NCBI GenBank assembly: GCA_964586635.1
Contig: CAZPGN010000001.1
Span: forward strand, 72,932 to 136,931
DNA: 64,000 nt
Direction of reading: 5' to 3'
From: an uncultured Candidatus Saccharibacteria bacterium
GTDB lineage: Bacteria > Patescibacteriota > Minisyncoccia > Phycocordibacterales > CAZPGN01
This document shows positions 10,563 to 17,306 of the stretch, piece by piece. A model generated the notes under the pieces. That model had not been told where the DNA came from, ran no database searches, and saw nothing but the letters and a program-made list of their open reading frames with translations. The position numbers and the translations under genes are program-made. Within the stretch, counting starts at the first letter, position 1; every line of letters begins with the position of its first letter.

Positions 10563-11525
10563 TTATTTTTCGGGTACCCAATGTAATTGACACAGATTCC
10601 CGTGCGTTTTGTGGAAATTGTATGCGGATGTCGCCGCGACCGCACCCATTGCCGCGCCAGTAATGTCCTGCTTGAATGACCCAAATAGGTTGACTATGTC
10701 TCCCGCGGCAAATACTCCTTCGACATTTGTACGCATCATGGAATCAGTTGCGATATATCCATGATCATCGAGGGCCACTCCGAGCGAGACCGCAAGCTCG
10801 ACATGCGGAATCGCTCCGATTTCTACAAAAATCCCGTCTACTATAAGATCGGTCGAGCCCTTGTATTTCTTCGATAGGACTATCCTTTCTAATTTTTTTT
10901 CTCCGATAAGTTCGGCTATGGTTGTATCGAAAATAACTTCAACCTTATCTCCGAGCGATTTCATTTGCTCGAGATTGATCGGTTCGGCATTCAACTCACT
11001 CTTGTTTAGTGTTATGAGATAAATCTTCTCTGCATATTCTGCCGCAAGATTGAGACCTTTTACAGATGCGTCTCCCCCGCCAACGATCGCGATGGTCTTT
11101 CCTCCATAGAGCGGACCGTCGCAAGTAATGCAGAAATGGACGCCACGGCCTGTCAGCTCGGTTTCATTAGGTAGATTGAGATGGCGGCGCTCCGTACCGA
11201 TGCCAAACATTACCGTGCCGCCGAAATAACGTTTGTCTTTTACTGTAAGCGCAAAACAACCTCCGCCCTGCGAGATGGCAGTAACTCGACCGTCAAGAAA
11301 TAATGCCCCAAGCTCTTTCGCCTGGTCGCGCATTATCTTCATAAGCTCATAACCATCGACATGTGGAGCGCCGGGATAATTATGAATAGTGCCTGCCGTT
11401 GCCGTCTCGCCGCCAAACTTTTCTCCAATAACAAGCACGCGCATTTTATATCTGCCAGCATATAGCGCCGCGGACAGCCCAGCTACCCCCGAACCAATGC
11501 AAATGAGATCGTAGCGGTCATCCAT
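10563..11525 (-). CDS. trxB: Thioredoxin reductase-like flavoprotein
   Basis: GSGVAG, NYPG, CITCDG redox motif, GGGD, FAAGD. Confidence 0.88.
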   Translation of the reverse strand: MDDRYDLICIGSGVAGLSAALYAGRYKMRVLVIGEKFGGETATAGTIHNYPGAPHVDGYELMKIMRDQAKELGALFLDGRVTAISQGGGCFALTVKDKRYFGGTVMFGIGTERRHLNLPNETELTGRGVHFCITCDGPLYGGKTIAIVGGGDASVKGLNLAAEYAEKIYLITLNKSELNAEPINLEQMKSLGDKVEVIFDTTIAELIGEKKLERIVLSKKYKGSTDLIVDGIFVEIGAIPHVELAVSLGVALDDHGYIATDSMMRTNVEGVFAAGDIVNLFGSFKQDITGAAMGAVAATSAYNFHKTHGNLCQLHWVPEK

Positions 11526-11534
11526 ACTCAAGGG

Positions 11535-11777
11535 CTATACGTTAAGGTCAAGCAGGCCGGCAAGCTTATCCTTGTCGTAGCCGATAACCACTTCATTATC
11601 GATTTCGATGACAGGCACTCCCATTTGTCCTGTTTTTTCGATCATCGAATTACGCGCGGCTTCGTCTGTTGTCACATCGTGCTCTTCATACCGCACATTG
11701 TGTTCCTGAAAAAACTCTTTGGCCATTTTGCAGTACATGCATGTCGGCGTCGTGTAAATATGCACTTTCTTTTCCAT
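11535..11777 (-). CDS. Glutaredoxin/NrdH-like redoxin
   Basis: YTTPTCMYC, GQMGVPVI. Confidence 0.92.
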   Translation of the reverse strand: MEKKVHIYTTPTCMYCKMAKEFFQEHNVRYEEHDVTTDEAARNSMIEKTGQMGVPVIEIDNEVVIGYDKDKLAGLLDLNV

Positions 11778-11990
11778 ACGCGAAAAAACATTACTTCATA
11801 ATACAATAATCGTAGTATACCACATCGAAAAAAGAAATCCTCGCGTTCGCCTGGATATAAATTAGCCTGCAAACTTTTGTTCGGTTAGCATGCGAATTCA
11901 CCCACAACGTAACTGCTCACAACTCTCTGCAACGTCGCTTAAGGATCGGCAAGCACCTTCGTTGCCTCCATCTGTGGGTTCGCTATACGA

Positions 11991-12803
11991 TTACAATGGG
12001 CTTTTGATCTTCTTCAATCTTGGATTGGTCACTTGTGTATATACTTGTGTGGTTCGTATGTTGCTATGCCCGAGCAACTCTTGTACATAGCGTACATCAG
12101 TGCCATTTTCTAGTAAGTGTGTAGCAAACGAATGACGCAACGAATGAAAGGTTGCCAATTTGCTAACTTTCGCACTTGTTAAACTTTTACGAAACATTTT
12201 TTGCAGAGATGTTGTCGTAAGCTTGCCACCTCGATTAGAGGCAAAAACAAAATCACTCATATTTTTGCCTGCGATTATATTTCGCAAATCGTTTTGTAAT
12301 TTTTCTGGCAACACACTAATCCTGTCTTTCTTGCCTTTTGCTCCCTTGATGTGCACAACAAGCTCATTGATGTCCAAATCTGCTACTTTTAGTTCTACAA
12401 CCTCGCTGACTCTCATGCCACAAGCATAACCAAGCGAAATCATCAGTTTATATTTTGAATTATCAGTTACTTCAATAATTTTCCCAATTTCCGCCCGCGA
12501 TAACACGACGGGCAACTTTTTGTTTCTCTTCGCAAATTTTAGGTCAATCTTCTGCGGGTCTTTTAAGACTTCAGCATATAAATATTTCACGGCATTGAGC
12601 GCCAGATTGATGGTTTGCGGGGATTGTTTTCGTTTGTGTTTGTCTAGCAGAAAGTCCTCAACCGCTTTTTGCTTATCTTTAATTCCTTTTTCTTTAGAAA
12701 AACTGATATACTCTCTTATATAGAGTAAGTATGCTTTACGAGTCTTTGTGGAGTAATTTCTAAGTTTTAAAATTCTTTCAGTTTTGTCTAAAATATTTTC
12801 CAT
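11991..12803 (-). CDS. Integron-type tyrosine recombinase (270 aa, no IntI-specific insertion)
   Basis: N-terminal LRNYSTKTRKAY and SPQTINLALNAVKYLY; catalytic GMRVSE, KGKKDR, HSLRH, LLGH, TTQVY; divergent from the cassette array. Confidence 0.9.
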   Translation of the reverse strand: MENILDKTERILKLRNYSTKTRKAYLLYIREYISFSKEKGIKDKQKAVEDFLLDKHKRKQSPQTINLALNAVKYLYAEVLKDPQKIDLKFAKRNKKLPVVLSRAEIGKIIEVTDNSKYKLMISLGYACGMRVSEVVELKVADLDINELVVHIKGAKGKKDRISVLPEKLQNDLRNIIAGKNMSDFVFASNRGGKLTTTSLQKMFRKSLTSAKVSKLATFHSLRHSFATHLLENGTDVRYVQELLGHSNIRTTQVYTQVTNPRLKKIKSPL

Positions 12804-12822
12804 AATCAAATAGTAGCAAAGT

Positions 12823-12851
12823 TTGCATAACAAACAAGATATTGCTACAAT
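12823..12851 (+). promoter_or_regulatory. Candidate cassette promoter (Pc)
   Basis: TTGCAT-17nt-TACAAT with an extended -10 TG, pointing into the array; overlaps a divergent TTGTTT-16-TACTAT promoter ending 6 nt before the integrase ATG. Confidence 0.65.
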
Positions 12852-12863
12852 ATGATCACATAG

Positions 12864-12888
12864 TTCGTATAAAAACCAGTTGTACGAA
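12864..12888 (+). other. attI-like recombination site
   Basis: TTCGTATAA-aaaccag-TTGTACGAA inverted repeat containing the core G/TTGTAC at 12879, immediately before cassette 1. Confidence 0.7.
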
Positions 12889-12925
12889 ATTGAAAAATTT
12901 TTTTAACTATTAATAAATTATTTTT

Positions 12926-13261
12926 ATGTCTCAAGTCACCATCAAACAAGCTCAACAAATAGTCGATGACTGGATTAAAAGTATTGGTGTCCGCTATTTT
13001 TCTGAAATGACCCAGCTGGCTCAATTAACGGAGGAAGTGGGCGAAGTCGCACGAATAGTCTCAAGAACTTATGGCGATCAAAGTTTTAAAAAGACGGATG
13101 ACAAAAATTTGTCTGATGAATTGGCGGATGTATTATTCGTGCTAATCTGTCTTGCTAATCAAACAGGCGTTGACTTAACCGAGGCATTTCAGAAAAATAT
13201 GGATAAAAAAACGAACAGAGATAAAGACCGACATAAAAATAATTTAAAATTAAAGAAGTAA
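12926..13261 (+). CDS. MazG-like nucleotide pyrophosphohydrolase (YpjD-like), cassette 1
   Basis: LTEEVGEVAR...DELADVLF EXXE/EXXD motif. Confidence 0.9.
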   Translation: MSQVTIKQAQQIVDDWIKSIGVRYFSEMTQLAQLTEEVGEVARIVSRTYGDQSFKKTDDKNLSDELADVLFVLICLANQTGVDLTEAFQKNMDKKTNRDKDRHKNNLKLKK

Positions 13262-13276
13262 AAATTTTTCAACATC

Positions 13277-13353
13277 GCACAACACGGCATATCTGGTTTC
13301 GCTACGCTACACCCAAATTGCTACGCAACTTCAGATATGTCGAAACGTTATAC
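13277..13353 (+). other. attC-like site 1 (77 bp)
   Basis: GCACAAC-A-CGGCATATCTG...CAGATATGTCG-AAAC-GTTATAC. Confidence 0.82.
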
Positions 13354-13461
13354 GCCATAATAAAAAGCCTCTATTGATTTTTTATAATAATTTTGGCAAT
13401 TTATTAGGTGAGGTCGAGATAACTTCAACAATTCAACATTAATTATCTAACATAAAAAATT

Positions 13462-13938
13462 ATGCCTAAAAAACCAGAAACATTTGGAGGATTTTCTCCT
13501 GAACCAGGGAGCAAAGATGAAGAAACAAGACAAGTTGAAAGTCTTGAGGAATGGCAAAAATATTGCGAAGAAATGTCAGAGGCGCGCGGAGAACCAAAAG
13601 AAGAAGATTGGGATAGAATAATGCAAGACGAAATGGAGTCAGAAGCGAGAGACGTAGAGGTTTATATTAGAAGAGCAAGATTAGCAGGAGACACGCGTAC
13701 TATTAGAGAAATAATAGATGATAAGGATGAGTTGGAAATTAAATTAAATGCATATACGGAACAAAGAAAAAAAGATGGTACCTATACTAATCCTTGGAAT
13801 ATACTCGTAGATTTTATGAAAGAGAATGTTTCTTCGTATGCTGCTTATCTCCAAAAGAGACAAGAAGAGGACGCTGAAGCCGATCCGTGGAATATCTATC
13901 TCGAATGGAAAGTTGGAAAGGACTTGAAAGATAAATAA
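13462..13938 (+). CDS. Acidic hypothetical protein, cassette 2
   Basis: 158-aa ORF filling the cassette; two PWNI motifs. Confidence 0.75.
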   Translation: MPKKPETFGGFSPEPGSKDEETRQVESLEEWQKYCEEMSEARGEPKEEDWDRIMQDEMESEARDVEVYIRRARLAGDTRTIREIIDDKDELEIKLNAYTEQRKKDGTYTNPWNILVDFMKENVSSYAAYLQKRQEEDAEADPWNIYLEWKVGKDLKDK

Positions 13939-13986
13939 ATTGCCAAAATTCTTAAACGAATAAGGAAAGCGGCTTTTTATTACAGC

Positions 13987-14111
13987 GTATAACAATGAAT
14001 ATGCGGTTCATGAAATTGCGCTTCTTGATTTTTCATGGAGGCGCAATTTCTTTCACCCATATTTGCCTCCGCTTCGCTACAGCAAACATCGCATATTCAT
14101 GAACGTTAGGC
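13987..14111 (+). other. attC-like site 2 (125 bp)
   Basis: GTATAAC-A-ATGAATATGCG...CGCATATTCAT-GAAC-GTTAGGC. Confidence 0.85.
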
Positions 14112-14139
14112 GAAATTTCATTTTTTACATCTATCACAT

Positions 14140-14844
14140 ATGCCCGAAAATTTTGAACCTACAATAGAACAAACTAAGCCATATTGGCAAAGAATGCGAG
14201 AGTTAGAAGCTCAACTTTTTCCTGAATTTAGGGATGAGCATTTTTGTATTGATTCACCAGAGACAAACAATTTTTATTTCGCCCCGAATGTACATTTCAA
14301 AAAAGATTTGGTAACAGAAGCAGATGTCGAAAATTTTAGAAAAGATCCAAAGCGACAAATGTTAAGCGTCGGGTCTGGTCCTGCATATTTAGAAAGACTG
14401 TTGGTACATTTAGGTGTAAACAAAGACAACATCATCCTTGCAGATAAAGAGCCGAGGGATTTGCCGACCGACTTCAAAACTAAAATTTTCGACATGTTTG
14501 GAGAATGGCCTGAATTCGAAGATGATCAAAAATTTGATCTAATAATATTTCCAGAAAATCCGTCAATCAATGTTCACTATGACTACGGCGAGGAGCGAAT
14601 TCAGGCGTTCACCTCACTCTTTGCAAAAGCATTGCAGCACTTGAAGCCAGAGGGCGAAATAAAAATTACTGGTAATCCAAACAGTGAAGAGATAACGGAA
14701 AAAGTTGAGCATGAGCTAAGGAAAGCAGGTTATGATGTTACGGTTCAAAATTTTTCCAACAAAGGAAAGGAATCATTAATTGTAGTAAAAAATGAAACAT
14801 CGCCTAACAGCGTGTATGAGGTTCAAGAAAAAGTGCGTAAATAA
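14140..14844 (+). CDS. Class I SAM-dependent methyltransferase-like protein, cassette 3
   Basis: LSVGSGPA motif I, ILAD, FDLII, LKPEGEI. Confidence 0.7.
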   Translation: MPENFEPTIEQTKPYWQRMRELEAQLFPEFRDEHFCIDSPETNNFYFAPNVHFKKDLVTEADVENFRKDPKRQMLSVGSGPAYLERLLVHLGVNKDNIILADKEPRDLPTDFKTKIFDMFGEWPEFEDDQKFDLIIFPENPSINVHYDYGEERIQAFTSLFAKALQHLKPEGEIKITGNPNSEEITEKVEHELRKAGYDVTVQNFSNKGKESLIVVKNETSPNSVYEVQEKVRK

Positions 14845-14984
14845 TTTTCAAAGGTTGCATTTTTTCTTTCACCCAAATTGCGCTGACGATAATCAGAGTT
14901 TAGTGATACAATGAAAGTATTGAGATAAGCAATGTTTAATCTAAATAACACGGCGCAACTTCGCATCATGCGGAAACGTTATGC
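14802..14984 (+). other. attC-like site 3 (183 bp)
   Basis: GCCTAAC-A-GCGTG...CATGCGG-AAAC-GTTATGC; shares the internal CACCCAAATTGC...GCAACTTC with attC1. Confidence 0.75.
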
Positions 14985-15010
14985 GCCATAATAAAAAGCC
15001 GCTCATAAAT

Positions 15011-15038
15011 TTGACTTATTTTTCCTTTAGGATATAAT
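15011..15038 (+). promoter_or_regulatory. Internal promoter of the TA cassette
   Basis: TTGACT-16nt-TATAAT upstream of hicB. Confidence 0.65.
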
Positions 15039-15066
15039 AGAATCGTTACAATTCACTTCAAACTAT

Positions 15067-15285
15067 ATGCGCAAAATTGACTTAAAAAATGTGGTGTGGA
15101 AAGAAGGAAAATATTATGTTTCCTGGAACCTAAACACGGCGATTTCTAGTTTTGGCGACACCAAAAAAGAAGCCCTTTTGGCGCTCCAAGAAGCATTAGA
15201 ATTATATTTTGAGGACATCCCAATTTCCAAAATAAACAAAGTGGAACGACCCGACTTGGTCCCATTTGTTTTTCAGCATGCCTAG
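15067..15285 (+). CDS. hicB: HicB-like antitoxin (short, no DNA-binding domain)
   Basis: VVWKEGKYYVS...SSFGDTKKEALLALQEALELY. Confidence 0.85.
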   Translation: MRKIDLKNVVWKEGKYYVSWNLNTAISSFGDTKKEALLALQEALELYFEDIPISKINKVERPDLVPFVFQHA

Positions 15286-15499
15286 ACCTATTCCCCTGAA
15301 ACAGGTAATCCGAGTCCTTAGAGATAAGGGCTTCTTTTTTGTGTCGCAGAAAGGTTCACACGCAAAGTTTCGTAAACCAGGAAGTCCAACTCGTACTGTA
15401 ATTGTAAAAATGGCAAAGAAAGAAGTACCGTACGGAACCTTTCAGTCGATTTTGCTTCAATCAGAATTAAAAGAAAGTGATTTTCGAGAGGAAAAATAA
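15278..15499 (+). CDS. hicA: HicA mRNA interferase toxin
   Basis: VIRVL..KGF..VSQKGSH.KF...VP.GTF.SIL.Q; overlaps hicB. Confidence 0.88.
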   Translation: MPRPIPLKQVIRVLRDKGFFFVSQKGSHAKFRKPGSPTRTVIVKMAKKEVPYGTFQSILLQSELKESDFREEK

Positions 15500-15503
15500 G
15501 TCA

Positions 15504-15530
15504 AACTTCAGATATGCGGATACGTTGTGT
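15504..15530 (+). other. Truncated attC-like site 4 (right half only)
   Basis: AACTTCAGATATG (as in attC1) ...TAC-GTTGTGT directly after the hicA stop; no left arm. Confidence 0.65.
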
Positions 15531-15532
15531 CG

Positions 15533-15559
15533 GGTCAAAGGTGTCAGGAACCTTTGACC
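15533..15559. repeat. REP-like palindrome variant
   Basis: GGTCAAAGG-TGTCAGGAA-CCTTTGACC; core AAGGtGTCAGGAaCCTT versus AAGGgGTCAGGAgCCTT in the other copies. Confidence 0.6.
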
Positions 15560-15602
15560 AATAATGTTTAGTTCGTAATGCAATCAATAGTATAGCACTT
15601 AA

Positions 15603-15788
15603 GAAAAAAGAAAGCCTCGCGGATGCGAGGCGATCGATGAATCTCGGCGCATAAAACTGAAACCAAGGAGGTGAAACTAGTCTGCAGCGATTGAAGCGCC
15701 GAGAACTAAATGAACTAATTCGAGATTTTAATGCGAGGGCAATTAGCTTTCGGAAAACTGATTCTCACTGTAAAACTCTGCCCTCGCA
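15603..15788 (-). ncRNA. Candidate ~185-nt structured sRNA
   Basis: Promoter TTGACT-16-TAAACT (15821-15794); stems 15732-41/15779-88 and 15642-50/15696-704; terminator GCCTCGC-ATCC-GCGAGGC plus U-rich tail. Confidence 0.55.
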
Positions 15789-15893
15789 CTAGTAGTTTAG
15801 CATGGGATATCGAGCAGTCAATTACATTGCAATGTGAACAATAATGCGTAGAATGAAATCGGTACTGAACATTCAACCACGCGAGGAGGATGT

Positions 15894-16229
15894 ATGCAGT
15901 ATGAGAGATGGCTCTTCGTGGTGATTGCGCTCGCAGGGTATGTTCTCACGACGGACCCCGCGCATGGTTTTCAGCCAATTCCGCCTTACAGGACAACGGT
16001 GCAAAGTGCTGCGCCTCCCATGATGCGCGCAATCGCCGAGACCATTCCAGAGCGGTGCCGCTCACCTCGACCCGGGCGCGGTGAGGGCTATTTCATGTTC
16101 ATCCGCGTTGCTCCACATTGTGCGTGCGGACATGAACTCACGCTTCGAAACCCATTCAGGATGCGCCTGAATGTGCACTGCTTCGTTCACAAATTCCCTG
16201 AACCAATGACGGACTGCATTCGCCATTGA
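15894..16229 (+). CDS. Small secreted Cys-containing hypothetical protein
   Basis: GAGGAGG RBS, upstream TTGCAA...TAGAAT, signal-peptide-like N-terminus. Confidence 0.6.
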   Translation: MQYERWLFVVIALAGYVLTTDPAHGFQPIPPYRTTVQSAAPPMMRAIAETIPERCRSPRPGRGEGYFMFIRVAPHCACGHELTLRNPFRMRLNVHCFVHKFPEPMTDCIRH

Positions 16230-16276
16230 AGATATGCCCCGCCTGCGCTCCACGCACGCGGGGCATCACATTTTTG

Positions 16277-16903
16277 CTATAGCGCCTGAAAGTCCGCGTC
16301 GGTTCCAGTCAAGCCGTTCGCCTTTGACCGTTTGCGAATTACAAACTCTTCATATTTTTCTGAAGCGGCGCGAAGCTTATGAAAACTCTTCTTTAATTCT
16401 TCGAGCACGGCGCTACTGCGCAAGGCGGCGGCGGGATGATATATCGGCATTATAATTCGCTCGCCCAACCAAAATGTTCTTCCTTGATCAGTTGATATGC
16501 GCGCATTCGGGAGGAAGTAATTCATCGCGAATCTACCGAGCGGGGCTATGATTTTTGGATCGATGATATCTATTTGTCGGGAGAGGTACGGCTTATAGGC
16601 TTCGATCTCCGCAGGAAATGGGTCGCGATTCTCCGGAGGCCGCCGTTTTACAATGTTCGTAATGTAGACATCTTCCCGTTTCCAGCCAATCGTAGCTATC
16701 ATCGCATCGAGTAGTTTGCCAGCGCGACCCACAAAAGGTCTGCGCAAACGGTCTTCATTCGACCCGGGGGCCTCCCCAACGAACATCACTTTGCAGTCAG
16801 AATTACCTTCGCCAAAGACCAAGTTTGCGGATCCGCGAAGCGGGAGGAGATCGTTGCGCTCGATTTCATCACAGAGAATTTCTAGCTCAGTCTGCTTATC
16901 CAT
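16277..16903 (-). CDS. Uracil-DNA glycosylase family 4
   Basis: VFGEG, GEAPG, PFVGRAG, TNIVK.RPPENR, YHPAAAL; start re-called to MDKQ. Confidence 0.93.
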   Translation of the reverse strand: MDKQTELEILCDEIERNDLLPLRGSANLVFGEGNSDCKVMFVGEAPGSNEDRLRRPFVGRAGKLLDAMIATIGWKREDVYITNIVKRRPPENRDPFPAEIEAYKPYLSRQIDIIDPKIIAPLGRFAMNYFLPNARISTDQGRTFWLGERIIMPIYHPAAALRSSAVLEELKKSFHKLRAASEKYEEFVIRKRSKANGLTGTDADFQAL

Positions 16904-17010
16904 ATGTCGCACATTGTACTCCACACCGTGGGTTGTGGAAAACTTTGTATTTCTAAACAACCATCAAAGCTATACTGTACACGGCATTGTCCAAACACAG
17001 GAGGTGGTCT

Positions 17011-17184
17011 TTGTACAGAAAGTATGCACGGATGCATCGCCATGTTTCGCGAGAGGAAATCGAGTGCGCGCGCGACCGCCGCGAACTCAACGAGGTGGTA
17101 CGAAATGCAGAGGCGCGTGGCTGTATCAAATGCCTACGCCAATTGCACTATGTGCACACGCATCGAGATCGCTCATCGCATTGA
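17011..17184 (+). CDS. Small hypothetical protein with CxxC
   Basis: GGAGGT RBS before TTG; followed by the hairpin AAGCCCG...CGGGCTT. Confidence 0.4.
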   Translation: MYRKYARMHRHVSREEIECARDRRELNEVVRNAEARGCIKCLRQLHYVHTHRDRSSH

Positions 17185-17306
17185 AGCCCGCCCACTCGTG
17201 GACGGGCTTCTGTGCATATGGGGTACCCGTTGTCAGCATACTCGCAAACCATGCGGCGGCAAACGCGATAAGCTCTTTATTCGGTCTTTGAAGCAGTATC
17301 GTGTTC

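Larger units (their letters stand above)
11991..15530. mobile_element. Integron-like element: recombinase, attI-like site and 4 cassettes
   Basis: Visibly AT-rich block; single-gene or TA units separated by related AAC...GTT-bounded hairpins. Confidence 0.85.

Noticed and set aside
11991-12803. Housekeeping XerC/XerD
   Set aside because: It has an integron-like N-terminus, AT-rich context and an adjacent att-bounded cassette array; the 7-bp spacer site lacks a XerD arm (TTATGTTAAAT)
15569-15578. TAGTTCGTA match to the attI left arm as a direct-repeat boundary
   Set aside because: Only 9 bp with no partner arm; could be chance
15692-15792. Type I toxin ORF after the plus-strand AAGGAGGTGA
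   Set aside because: No start codon at normal spacing; the nearest peptide is not hydrophobic; promoter and terminator point to the minus strand
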